Source of the DNA: Lytechinus pictus
Lineage: Eukaryota
Direction of reading: 5' to 3'
Length of the DNA stretch: 64,000 bases
Assembly: GCF_037042905.1 (NCBI RefSeq)
Contig: NC_087250.1
Span: 7,752,001 to 7,816,000 of the forward strand
Shown here: positions 26,601 to 39,270 of the stretch, one piece after another
How positions within the stretch are numbered: the stretch's first letter is position 1
Layout: the number at the start of each line of letters is the position of its first letter
Notes under the pieces: generated by a model
What the model saw: the letters and a program-made list of their open reading frames with translations, nothing else
The model's database searches: none
Told to the model about the DNA's origin: nothing
Translations under genes and position numbers: made by a program

Positions 26601-27593
26601 CAGATGACGGGGACAAAGCAGTTAGTGAAGAAGTAGTGGAGGGTGATTCAGAACAAGTAGAAGTTATTGTTGCAGAAGCCGAACAAGCAAAAGAGGAAAT
26701 TATTCAGGCAACAGAGGAATCAGCCACAGAGGAACATGAGGTGGTTGAAGAGCCAGTGAGGGAAGAACTCACGGAAGATGTTGAAGCATGTCCTGAAGAT
26801 TCACCAGATGATGGGGACAAAGCAGTTAGTGAAGAAGTAGTGGAGGATGACTCAGAACAAGTAGAAGTTCTTCATGATGAAGCAGAACAAGCAGAAGAGG
26901 AAACAGTAAATGATGATGTGTGCCAAGATGCCTCTGAGGATACAAGTGATGAGGCAGTTACTGAAGAGGTGAAAGTGACAGACACAGAAGAAGCCACTGA
27001 GATACCATCACCTGAAAAAGAAGCTGTTACAGAAGTTGTTGAAGAAACTGTTGTGGATACTGTTGAACTGGAAACGGAAGCCACATTATCACAAGACATA
27101 GAGAAGGAAGTGGTTATTGATACAGACATTGCAACAGAGAATGTTGAAATTGAAGAGTCTACAGAGGAAACGGAGCAAGATGTTCCAGAGGAGGCAGACC
27201 AAGCGGTGGTAGAACAGGAAGCGGTAGAAGAAAAGACTGAGGAGGTGAGCCAGACTGAAGTAATAAAACAAGAGGTTGGAACGGAAACAGAACAGCTGCC
27301 ACCGTCAGAAGAAAGTGAAGAGGTGGCTGAAGTGATCCCTGTGGAACCCCAAGAAGAACTGAAGGAGGAATCTACTGAGGAGCCACAGACTGAAGAGCCA
27401 AAGACAGAATCAGTGGAAGAAACCAAAGAAGTACCAGAAGAGCCTGTTGAGGAACCTCCAAAGGACACACCAGTCAATGGTGTTTCTGAGGATACTGTCT
27501 TCAATGGGGTGCTTCTTAATGGACATGATGGTGGTCATCTTACCAATGGACATCATGTATCTGAAGACGACCACTTGACCAATGGTGATGAAG
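23700..27593 (+). CDS. Giant symmetric (phase 1-1, 3894 nt) exon encoding a Glu/Thr/Pro/Ala-rich repeat region
   Basis: Acceptor TTGTTGTTACAG|TG completes G|TG from the previous exon. 1298 codons without a stop. Donor GAAG|GTGAGT. Confidence 0.9.
23815..25860 (+). repeat. Coding minisatellite: 15/18-nt units (AEEETP/AEEETQ/AEETP) with a 120-bp higher-order repeat
   Basis: 24541-24660 and 24661-24780 are near-identical. Frame is preserved throughout. Confidence 0.95.
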
Positions 27594-29684
27594 GTGAGTC
27601 TGGAGGTTTTGTTTTTATTGAAAATGAGCTAGTCTGGTTTTTTCAATTGTGAGATGAAATTCAGCTTCGTAATTAATAAACAGAGAACCAGGACAATGGT
27701 ACATGCCCCCACCCCCCCAAAAAAAAGTATGAAAGATAGGAAAAAGGATATTTACAAACACTTTCTAGTTCGCCTTCTGTTAATGTTGTAAATAGAACAG
27801 TTCAAAGTGAAAATATCATTTTTTTAGAGAGAAAATTTGTTGAAAATCCTGATATTTGGTAGAGGTTACAAATATTTTTCTTTGTTTTGTTTTTTGAGGG
27901 GTGAGGTGATGAACCAAATAGCAGCTCACATTCGGAAAGCCAGACTAGCCACAATGTACAGATAAGATATCGATCTTAGATACTGCTCCAAATGAAACAA
28001 ATAATTCATATTAAATTGGTCGTTCCAAAATCACTTAAGCTCTTGCCTCTTGAGGAATTTAGTTAAAGATTTGTAATATGGGTTTCTAGTATCTCCCTTC
28101 CTCCTGGTATGTGATGTGTATTATACCTTCCCTCTATCATTAATTTCCATCCTTGTTTCACTCGATGCCTCATTCGTTCGTTCAATCATCAAAACCATAC
28201 CCCCCATGCAACGTGTTGCATGCATAGACTAGGACTTAGGATTGTATGACTCAGTTAGTTTCCTTATAAACGATCATTATCGTAGGCATGCCCATATGCT
28301 AAATCATAGTTGTTCCTTGCAAAACTTGCCAATAATATATCTTTGAAGAATGAAATAGATAGATCTCCCTTTTTTCCTGAGTTTAGAGGCATGTCTCCTG
28401 TAGACCAGATTTATATAGTCTCAGAAAAAGTAGACCATATCTATATAGTCTCGGCAAAATTAGACCAGATTCATATAGCTTTCAGAAAAAAAGTAGACCA
28501 AGTCTAGCAACTAATAGCTAATTTTGAATCATGACGATAAACCCCTCCCCCAATATTACAGTATTGTGAATAACCATTATCCACAAGACGCTTGATTTTT
28601 ATCTTTTGAATATATTAATTTTTTAACTTTTTCCTTGTACTCTTCCTAATTCAAACAATTTTTGGCAAATACAAAGTTTTAAATGCAATAGAATAAATCT
28701 ATATTAAAGCACTGTTTTTTGTGAATTCCATGCAAAAAAAAAATGATATAGATGTTCTTATAATGATCTCATAATGTTTTGTTTCGAGATTTTTTTTAAT
28801 GACTTTTTACAAAAAGTCAGTTGAGAAGACTTAAGAACTCGATCCACTTTACAAATTTATTAACGGTACTATGGTAGTGTATAGGAAAATTTGAACCTTA
28901 ATGCCCATCTGTATTTACCGTCATACTGAATCATTACAGGATATATAGTTTGGAGGAAATATGATGTAATTAAGGAAAACAGCTGATATGAATAGATACC
29001 CGGATAACCCAGATTCTTAATAATTCATGTCCATTTACCATGTGGTAATGATGTTTTTAATTATGTTATTTGTCAGTTCATGTATGTTTTGTTGGGGTGG
29101 AATTCATCATTTATTGATACATATGGGAGAGGGGGGAGTTAACGCTCTTCAAACTTTCCTGTGAAAAAAACCTACATGTTACGTCATCGAATTTCATACC
29201 AAAATCCGACAATTTTTGTGCGAAACTACACTCTCAGCATTTCTTGAAAAACCTGTAATATTAATTCTTATTATCTTACTATGAATAAAATCAAATTGAG
29301 TATGCTTGGTTGTTTTTTTGTAGCACACCATTTTCAGCTATGCTACTTGTAGTATCAATACTACCATATATTTGCAACAATAAATGGCTTTTATGAGATA
29401 GATGTATCTAGAATTTAGTTGCGCAAACTTTGAGCAAGAATATTTGGAAAGTGTTAACTCTCTCCAAGATGTCTGTAATTTGGTGTTTCATGGTATGGTT
29501 ATGTTCACACGGTCAACTAACATGGGTATGTTGTTTTGTTTTTCTTGTTTCTAACCCGTCCTTTTCCCCATCCGTCATTGTATTCACCCCATATCAACAT
29601 TGCCCCTCCTCCCGACCACTCCCATCACCCCCACGTCATTTAATGGAACAACCCACCCCTATGTCATGTAATGGAACGACCCAG

Positions 29685-29759
29685 TTCCAGAGATCACGAG
29701 CCCGACCAGTCCTAAGCCGCTGAGAGAGAGACTGCTGTCGTGGGAGGCTATAGCGAAAG
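29685..29759 (+). CDS. 75-nt symmetric cassette exon: (V)PEITSPTSPKPLRERLLSWEAIAK
   Basis: First AG after a 214-nt AG-free zone (29469-29682). Phase 1-1 and open in the gene's frame. Donor AAAG|GTACCA. In-frame tandem acceptor 6 nt downstream (29691). Confidence 0.75.
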
Positions 29760-29775
29760 GTACCACCGTGCATTG

Positions 29776-30683
29776 TGCATGCATGCCTGGCGCCCTCTAT
29801 ATGCAGTGTTAGGCCAACGTAGTTCGACTCGGACACACTATCGTGAATGTCGCTCGACAAAATTATGAAGAATGCAAACTTGCCAATTCTTTTTTAAGAT
29901 TCATGTCAAGGAACTACAAGCTGTGAAGCTACGGTGACGACGGGAACCATTATATACATGGTCTAAAGAGTTACCCGTTTTATGACTTCCGATCGAACCC
30001 AAGTTGGCCCAACTCTTCATATTAGGTGGCTCTAAAATGGGCTAGTCCAGCCAATATATCAAATACCCATTTTACCCCAATATTGATATTTGCATGCCCA
30101 CTGACCAACAAGGAATTGCAGTTTTGTTCAATAAGCATATCTTGCATGTTCATACTAAGCCTCTGACCGGTATTCTGAAGTCAGGTTTAACGTACACCAT
30201 GGTCTAACTCTGTGCTAAAAGTATGGAAAGCCAAAAAGGTAAAATTTTTCCTCACATTGTATGTTTCTTATGCTTACTGCGCTCTTTTCCAATGCGTGAA
30301 TGGGGAAGAAAGCTATCTTATTGATCCTTGGGAAACAGTTAAGAATTATTTGAGAGAAAAAGTGAGCTGATACATTGAAATTTCACTGTTACATTTATGC
30401 CACTCTTGGCTATCCATAGTTAAACCACAACTTTAAACCAGAAATTGAATTAAACCGGACTTCAGAATATGAGCCTGTGTGTATAAAAGGTTCTTCTATA
30501 TAAATTGTGCAGTGTTTGTGTATCTTGCATGCTAAATACTTTTCCTCTTTCAGACACTTGTAATAAGATGAATTTATGTCATATAAAATGCATGTTATTA
30601 CTGAGCACAGTCTATTTTATTTCATTATTAGTAGAACAAGAACTGTGTCTCATGCTGTGCATTTATGTTTTTTTTATTGCATG
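29776..30683 (+). promoter_or_regulatory. Cluster of TGCATG (Rbfox-type) intronic splicing elements downstream of the cassette exon
   Basis: TGCATG at 29776, 29780, 30091, 30143, 30526, 30589 and 30678. Confidence 0.65.
30165..30476. mobile_element. MITE with TATTCTGAAGTC TIRs
   Basis: TATTCTGAAGTCAGGTTTAA / TTAAACCGGACTTCAGAATA inverted ends. Confidence 0.7.
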
Positions 30684-32209
30684 ATTTGTTTTATATTTAA
30701 ATTAGAATGCTTTGCATAAAATGCTCTGTGCACATCATACACCCCTTGCTGTTGAAATCATTATTTATATCAGTGTATTGTTACTTTTCACACTTTATAG
30801 ATGTCATTAATACATCAGATCTATCACATATATGTACTTCTTTATGATTATGTCACTAGTTTTGTTTACCCTACAAAATATGCTTTGTAGAGAATTTGGT
30901 GCACATTCTATCATCTTTCTGTTTAGAAATTATTTATGTCAGTTTATCGTTGCATTTTATTATTTTATAGGTACCATCGATTCATCAAAATTTATCACAC
31001 ACCTGTTCATAAGCCTATAGCTGTGTCTGCTCTACAATATTGTATATTGTTTAATTTTTTTCACAATCTGTCCCCCTTGCTTTTAGATAGGCCTATATGT
31101 CGGTTTATTGTTGCTTTTTATAATTCCCAAGTTCCATTGATTCATCCGCATTTATCACATACTTGTTATCACCCCATCGTTTTATTATCCATTATGTACT
31201 TAATATTAAGTCTTCTATTTTTAAATTTTGTATTCGAGGTTGTTAAGTGACTTTCATTTTACTTCTGTTCACATAGTGCATTATTATATGATCAAATCAT
31301 CTCATAGCTAGTACCAGAAGGTCGTTAGTATTTTGAGGACATACATAATGAAGATGGAGTTTCGCAGGTTTATTATTATTGGATGGATTTCTAATTTACC
31401 ATACATGTATGAAAATGAAATTCAGTATTTGAAGCAGCACAACCAGGAAACAGGACCATTATTCCCACTTTTGACACAAGATGGCGCTAGATATGTTTTG
31501 CAACCATTTTTTTAGAATGGCTGAGAGAAACAACATCCTTTCTCCTCCAAACAAATCATGTTTCTTTGATACCAGTGCCATTAGATAGACAGTGACTCCT
31601 GCAAATTGAAATGTTCATTTGGTTATCGCGTGTTCTCCCATAGTCTTTTTAATGTAAATGCCAGGTAAAATGATCTCCAAATGAGTTAGAAGAGAAACCA
31701 CCCGTGTGATTGTTCAAAGAAAAAAAAGTGCCAAATCTTTCTGGTCAAAATGTGTAATTGCTTAGAAAGTAGCCAATTAAGCCTGGCATATCAGCAATGT
31801 GTGGGTTCTTGTTCCAAGCAATGACAAGACACTGTCCCACACATGCTTATCTGTGTATTAATGCGATTGTTTTTCAGCTTAGATTTCATGATTGCATAAA
31901 GTTAGGTTTCTAATGGTAAATACAACAGATTTAGATCCAGTATTAAAGATACATGTATGGTGGCTAAAACAATTCATTTTCAAAGACTTTCTCATGAAGT
32001 CAGCAAGTTCACTCGAAAGCCAAACTACATAATGATGCATGCAAAACTCTCCTTCTTTGTATTTCGTTGCAGTTTTAATTTCACTGTAATTTGTGAAAAA
32101 CATGTTTTTCCATTTTTGAAAAACAAAAAGCCACAACAAATATTAATGCCAAATAATGTTTCTTGGTAATAGAGACTTCCATGTTTACATTTCCTTGTTT
32201 CATAAACAT

Positions 32210-32600
32210 TTAGGCCTGACATGTCAATAGTACTGACAGAAACACTGAAGGTGTCACGTGCGTAAAACATTCCCCATAGACTTGTGTGTTAAAATGGCAC
32301 TTTTGAAAAATTCATAAAAATAAACGTGAAATAAGAGGGTCGAATGTTTACTGCCATTGGATAGGATATATATCTGACATTCCATATCTGACCAGAGAAG
32401 GGTATCGTAGCCAGGTCATTTAAAAAATAAATGGCTATTTATGAAGATAACTACGATGGGATCAAATTTATCAACTCAACAGTAAAATAGCCCTAATTCC
32501 TCCGCCAGTCAAAAAATAGTTCCAAAGTCATTGATATATCTTTCCAATTTGGGCAAAGGAAGTTCAGTAGTTTCCATTTCTAGAATCAGTGTTAGATTTT
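32210..32600 (+). mobile_element. Interspersed DNA element; related inverted copy at ~59470-60315
   Basis: Shared blocks (CCCATAGACT.GTGTGTTAAA; GGATATATATCTGACA.TCCATATCTGACCAGA; AAAATAGCCCTAAT.CCT.CGCCAGTCAAAA) in opposite orientation. Confidence 0.7.
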
Positions 32601-33049
32601 CAATTATATTCATACACTTTTGTCAATCGGCAATATCAAATCGAAAAAAATTCAAATGGGTTGGGTCGAACGAATATCTGTAGCCTTCCTGTTGTAATTA
32701 GGCTCATGAAATCTGAATTGAGGGGATTCACAAAACGGTGCGCCATCTAGTGAACAGTCCGAAATTTGCAATGCCTCATGGGGAAAAGGTCGACATATCT
32801 GCGTTGTGCGCACTAGCTCTATAGTGCATCCATGCATGTGATAATTCAGCGCCGGGCAACCCGGCTCGACTGGCTTGCATAATGCTGTTTCCTGATACTA
32901 GGTTCCAAGAGATGGGAGAGAAAATTGACTGCACATTTCTTTGCGAAATTTAGACCATTTTTGGTGAATTCTTGCCTAGATTGTTTTCATTTTTAAATCA
33001 TCAGAGACAGTACATTAGCACTGTGCACTGCCTGTGCCTGCGCTTGATG

Positions 33050-33286
33050 TCATATAATAAAATACAAAAGAACAAGTGGGGATATGACATCATCAGCCCA
33101 CCTAATGAATATTCATAAAGACTAGAACTAGTCTAGTCTAGAACTGTTTCACCGGAATAAAGCAAATCTTTAAAATTAAATAACTTTGTTATTTGTTATC
33201 CGGTTTTGATCAAATTTTCAGCATTTTGCTCTGTGAAATTTTCTCTATTTATTGAGATATATATGTTTCCAGCCTGGACCACCCCT
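33050..33286. mobile_element. Right end of a Kolobok-like MITE
   Basis: Ends ...GGACCACCCCT|TTAA. The subterminal ATCCGGTTTTGATCAAATTTTCAGCA resembles 56070-56100. Confidence 0.6.
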
Positions 33287-34569
33287 TTAAGCATCACCAT
33301 CTGAAACGACTTGAACATCAGACCTTGAAACTCTGCATAAATTTTGCAAACTCCCCCATGTAGCTTGAATTACAGGTGCACACCCCAGTGCCGAGTTTTG
33401 CTTTCAATTAAAAAGTTTTACAAACTTGATATTTGTTGACATGTATGAACTGGGGAAATCCCCTTTGATACCACATCAAATTCTTTCCATTGTAGAATTA
33501 CATTTTATCCCACTTTTTTATTACTATTTTCAATGGGTAAGAAATGATGCATGGCAAACTCTTGTCAGCATACAATCTGTTTATTGCAGTCATGAAAATA
33601 GTCTGCAAAAACAGACCTTTGGTTTCCATATACTGCATAATGCAGGGTCTGAAATAGGAGACTAGATTCACTCATGTTCTACTGTGGCTGCTTGTTTGAC
33701 ATAGCATGGACATGGACATAGGTCCATGGACACAGACACAGAGTTTGGGGTCTGCTAGTCTCCACACCAGACATGGTATTAGTTGTTAGTGTTAAATTAG
33801 AGTCTGTGCTAGAAGACTAGTCATGATACTAGTTTATCCCCTCAAATCATGGTATATTAGAAATGTATCCCTGCTGAAGCATGACACCTCATGGAATAGT
33901 CATTACTATGTCATCACCATGTCGTTAGTTTCTTTGATCATTATTCAGTGCATTCACACTGCAAAAATCTCCGCTTTTATGCAGGAATCTTCTTGCTACA
34001 TGGTGTAGAAGCCCTATACCATAAAAACATTGAATGGTTGCGTTTTTTGTCAGTCTGAATGCCACAAAGAAACACATTTTTTTACATATTGTACAATGCA
34101 TGATTTAGTATCACTTCAGAGATAATCAAGGTGAAAAATTGTGAGTCCTACATGTAGTCTCCTAGTGCAGAAACATGGTTCTGGAGCAAACATGTTTAAC
34201 CATTGCACAAATTTGCGCAATTAATGAAGGCTTTCGAACCCTACATGTATAACCAAAACATGATTGCATGTACTTCATCTCAAGCGTGCCCTGAAATGCA
34301 TTTTGATCGGCAATTTTATACCAGCGTAAAGTTGATAAATTCAGCCATAGTGAAAAATTACTCTGCCCAAGATATGACACACTAATTCAAGATTATTGAT
34401 TGCTAGTCATGGGTTTCTACTTGATTTTACCACAGCTGAAGGCTTGATTAATGTTGAGGAAATGGCTAAGGCTTTCATGATATGATTTCTTGTGAGATAT
34501 TCTCCTGCTGTATTAATAGATGCTGGTTGATATTCTCTGTAGACCTGTAAATCCTCAAATTATTAGACA

Positions 34570-35047
34570 TTATATGACACCTAGATAGATCCTTGTGATT
34601 TGATTGGTTGTTTGATATCGATCATTCAGTCCATTTTACAATGACGTCATCAACTGCGCAATTTTGGATCCATTCATCGTGCAATTTTAGATCCATACGA
34701 TTTTGTCCATTGCACTCGCGCACCGAGACTGCAGCTGCAGGCACCAACAGTGCGCATGTTGCAATGACGTAATGTAACAATCAAACAGACCGAACTCGCA
34801 CTGCATGAGCGTGTTTTGCATCGAAATTCATTAATTTCATATGGAAAAAAAAAATCAATTTTTAGGTGTCATATAAACCAAATAATGAATGTTTTTTCCT
34901 TCGTGCAATGGACAGAATACTTCATTCGGTGAAAGATGAAATAATGATCCATTCAACTCGGCTACACCTTGTTGAATGGATCATTTCATCTTTTACCTCA
35001 TGAAGTATTCTGTCCATTGCACTCATACACATTCATCATTTGTATAT
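34570..35047. mobile_element. Family H1 IR plus hairpin element, second copy
   Basis: Colinear and highly similar to 7598-8065, same orientation. Confidence 0.85.
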
Positions 35048-35570
35048 TATATGTATTTGAAGAGTCTCAGGGATCCCATTCTCGTCTACTTCCTTAAATT
35101 AGTTGAGTGGAAACCAGTTAACATGTAAAGGAACGCTCAAAGCGTTCCTAAAAGCAACCGAAAGTGGTCTTCCTAAAACTAGGGTAGTTTGGAAAACCAC
35201 CTCATGATTTGATTTTCAAGACAAAAAGCAATCGAAATTGGTCTTCCCAAAACTAGGGTAGTTTGGAAAACCACCTACATCTTGGTGTGATTTTCAAGAC
35301 TGCTATGCCTTGGTGAAATAGTTTAAATGTAGGTGAGGACACAACCGTTTTTCGGGGAGCGATCTCCGCACAGAAGTACACGAGTGTGAGCATGCTACGT
35401 GCGCTACTCTGTACACACTTCTTGACCAAGTGAAACTACTATTATCAACTGTTATTAGATTTGGTATAGTGACGGGTTGTGCATGTAGAAATCAATCTTG
35501 TTTTGAGAACTGATAGTGCTCTGCTGCCCTCTTGTGCTGTAATACCATATAGTTGCCCAGGCAGAGTGTG

Positions 35571-35749
35571 TGTGTGTATTTGAGTTTTGTCAGACGTGTA
35601 TCAATCAGATATGATTATTTACATCTGGGACCGACTTTTAACGTCACCATCCGAAAGACGTGACCAGGGCTCGAACCCTGAACCTCTGCATCAATTTGTA
35701 ACTTCCCCACACAGCTTGGATTACAGGCGCACGCCACAACGCCCAGTTT
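35571..35749 (-). mobile_element. 7SL(SRP)-RNA-derived SINE, copy 1
   Basis: Minus strand begins CTGGGCGTTGTGGCGTGCGCCTGTAATCCAAGCT (7SL Alu-domain-like). B box GGTTCGAGCCC and (CA)n tail. Perfect 11-bp TSD GGCAGAGTGTG (35560-35570, 35750-35760). Confidence 0.85.
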
Positions 35750-35803
35750 GGCAGAGTGTGCTATTACATACCAAATTTGAATGAGAAAAAAGGGGGTATT
35801 AAA

Positions 35804-36208
35804 TGAATTTCCAATTGGTCTAATGCCAATTCGTTCAATTGCCAACTCATCTACTATCATTTGGTCTACCATCAGTTCGTCCACTATCCATATGGTCTAA
35901 ATTCCAATTTGGTACACTCACCATTTCGTCTAATAAACAGTTGGTCCAATAGCCATTTAGTCCATTTACCATTGGGTCTAATTGGACTTTCAGTGTTAAT
36001 TGTGCAAAATGAATGAAAATGGAATGGATATTAGACCAGTTGGTTATGAGACGAAATGGTCATACACGAAGTGGTGATTAGACGAAGTGATGATTGGACC
36101 AAATGATAATCGGACCAAATGGTTGTTAGACAAAATGTTGATAGACGGAATGGCATTAGACTAAATGAAAGTAGACCATGTGGTGAGTGAACGAATTGCC
36201 AATTTACC
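35804..36208 (-). mobile_element. MITE family C copy
   Basis: Reverse-complement similarity to 3049-3440. Ends ...GCCAATTTACC. Confidence 0.8.
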
Positions 36209-37274
36209 ATAGTAAATCATGCTTCTCATCAATGTTTGGAGTTATCATTGTTTGCAAAAAAGGAGTTTTCGAACCCTTTAAAAAAATCTATTATAAAATG
36301 CTTAAACTCTGTATAATTTTATTCCACCTTTTTGGTCTTTAATAATTTATCTAGGTTTACTTCCTTTACGTACTTATATGCCAAGTTTTTAGCATGATAT
36401 GTGTTTTGAATTTTACCAAGATCTACAGGTTGGTTTGTTTTTTACCCAGAGCTCACTTCAGGACTTTTTTTTCTTCACTTCTTGAAAAAAAATATGGTAT
36501 ATATTGTGTACCGGTATGTCCATGATATAAACATGGAGCTACTAGCTCTATGATATAAAGTTTTATTTGCCCATTTCAGTGATATAACCAACCTTTGTTC
36601 ATTAGTTTTAATTAAACAAAGAATGGAAAACTACACAATCCTCACAAAGTTTTTAGTTGGGTAACCTTGTAAACAAAACAAATGTAGCATGAAGTTTGAA
36701 GCAAAGAAGGAAACAAATACAACGTTTTATTTTTTTTTCTCTCTTTATTAGTAGTCATTTACACTGGAAAAACTTGGTGGGGTGCATCCGTTTCTTCAAT
36801 GATTTTTCACACAATGTAAATTGGGCCTGTCTGGGTTCTCTGTATATTTGTAGACTTGTAGTGATGGGTTCTCTGTATATTTGTAGTGATTCACACTGGG
36901 GAAAACAGGGATGTAGATGAGTTTTCACAGTGTAAATGAGCCTTGTTTTATTTCTTATCATTTACACTGGGGAAATTTTTTCCTTTCAAATGATTTTTTT
37001 ACAGTGTAAATCAGTCTTGTTTTGTTTTTCATTATGAGTACCCTTTTACACTTGAAAACGGATCTATACATTTCCTTCCTAAGCTTGTCTTGTTCTATTT
37101 GGTGTCCTCTGTTGTCTTTACTTGTACCTTTTTGGACATTACTGATGGAGGGGGGAGGAGTTGTGTCTTTTAAATTGTTATATAAGTTGTCATTTATACT
37201 GGCAAAAACAGAAGTGGAGATTTCCTTTTCTCCTGATGATTTTGTGCACGGGTTAAGAGACTGAGAGAGGTATA

Positions 37275-37806
37275 TATGCTTTTCACACTGCATTTCTTTA
37301 ACCCCATACTATCCTTAACCCCATACTATCCTTAACCCTGGATTATCCTTAACCCCATACTATCTTTTTTTTTATTCACACTGTCTTTCTTAACCCCATA
37401 CTATTTGCTTAGCCAGGGTTAACGCCTTAACCCCGGACTACTATCACACAGCTCATGAATATCGATGATTTTACCATACAGATCGCGATTAATGTGCAAT
37501 TTCGACTTCAGTGATTGGCTAATGCTGAGCCCCATTTTTCCTTAGTCCAGTTTCGTTTCACACTGCATCTCTTAGCACCGCGATTGTGGTGCTAGCACAG
37601 CAATTAGCCGGCCAACCCTGCTTTTTTGCAGGGCCAGATAGTACCGTACTACATGTATTTACAGTGCTAGCCCACTTTGCTAAAACGTAGTGTGAAAACG
37701 AAGTGGGCTGAGCTTAACCCCGGGAAATTGGTGGGGCAAAGACCCCCCCTCTTAGCCCCACCAATTTCCCGGGGTTAAGGAAAAAGAGTGCAGTGTGAAA
37801 AACATA
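37275..37806 (-). mobile_element. Harbinger-like MITE, inverted copy of 2481-2950
   Basis: TATGCTTTTCACACTGCA...TGCAGTGTGAAAAACATA. Extra CCCCATACTATCCTTAA internal repeats. Confidence 0.85.
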
Positions 37807-38997
37807 TTAGTTTCTCTTGTTCTAGTCTCGCATCCTCCGTCGCCTCAGCAACTCTCCATAGACCCGTTGAAACCCTGTCTCCATTCCGTTCACATCTCGG
37901 CTGGGCCTTCTCACAGGAATCCATGGCAATGACTCACCGAGACGTGATTGGAAACCGGCTCGCAAGGGAGATGGGTCAGTCACAAGCAATAACCACGTGG
38001 AAATGGAAAATCCATTACACTGTAAAGTGTAAAAATACTGCTTAAAATTTGAACAAGTTGCTTATAATCCCGTCACTTTAACAACTTTTGTTCAAATGTT
38101 TAAGCAACTAGTTTAATCTTTTTAAACGAGCCTGTCACTTTATCAAATGTTGTTCACAATTTTAAGGAATTGTTTCATCTTTTTTTCAAACAACTTAGTA
38201 TAGTAGTAGTAGTTGTAGCAGTAGATGTCAGGAATCGTCTCCCCCCATACTTTCATAGACATAACCAGAAGCCTCGCACCTAGCAAGCCCCTGCACCTCA
38301 AAGAAAGGGGTGGATAATTTTGCAGAAAAAAATAATGGAAAGTGTCCAATTTACCATCGAACTAGTTCCTTTCCAATGTGGAAGTGATTGGTCCAATTTG
38401 GATTTTTGCTTTAAATTAGATCAAAAAATTAGTACAAGCTTTAAAATGTGAATGCGGCGGGGGGGGGGGGGGTGTTCCCCAAGAAGGATGAAGGGGGGTC
38501 ATATTCGCCTGGGACAACAGTCACAACACATGCATTTCAGTGTAGTTGCCCCCCCCCCCATATTTATAGCCCTATCAAAACCAAGAAGCATGTATTTTTA
38601 TTCACTTTTTCTTATCTGTATGTCCTTTTGTCTTGTCCCTATTCAATTAAAATACACTTTTTCTTATCTGTATGTCCTTTTGTCTTGTCCCTATTCAATT
38701 TTGACAATTATGTTTGTATTTCTTAGAATTTTATTTAAATATCCGAGCTGTAAAATAGTTATATAGAAAGAACACTGAGGCATGGAACACCCCTTCATCA
38801 TAACCCACCAGTCTGAGCCACAACTCAAGAGAACAATAGCCAAGTGCTTGTATTGTGTTGCATGGTGGAAAGTCATTGAGAATTGATCAATACCAGTCTG
38901 GCTAGGACAAAAGGGGAGTTTCCAAATCAACATATCAACTTCTCGGGCATGACATCTTTAGTCTACTTAAGGAGACCCTTTGAAATTAAGAAATGAC

Positions 38998-39052
38998 TTC
39001 TACAAATACTACTACTACGACGACTACTACGACTACTATTACGACTACTACG

Positions 39053-39113
<61 letters not shown>

Positions 39114-39270
39114 TACTACTACTATACTACTACTGCTACTAATACTATTTTTACTGTACTACTACTTCTACTACTACTACTTCTACTAGTAATACTACTA
39201 CTACTACTACTAAGTACTTATAATAATAGTTATAATGATAACATTACTACTACTACTACTATTACAGTCT
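38998..39270. repeat. (CTA)n microsatellite
   Basis: Direct trinucleotide periodicity. Confidence 0.95.

Noticed and set aside
23666..27504. Long minus-strand ORFs (Leu/Gln-, Cys/Phe- and Ser-rich)
   Set aside because: Antisense shadows of the repetitive + strand exon, with no splice or compositional support.
27594..27652. ORF-track ends and starts of the acidic ORFs (also 20596-20642, 62922-62952 and 63222-63302)
   Set aside because: Composition changes abruptly at consensus splice sites, so these segments are intronic read-through.
35571..35749. Human Alu contamination or a true SRP RNA gene
   Set aside because: Only the first ~45 nt are 7SL-like. There is no Alu dimer, A-rich linker, poly-A tail or S domain. 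It is integrated with a TSD among non-mammalian repeats.
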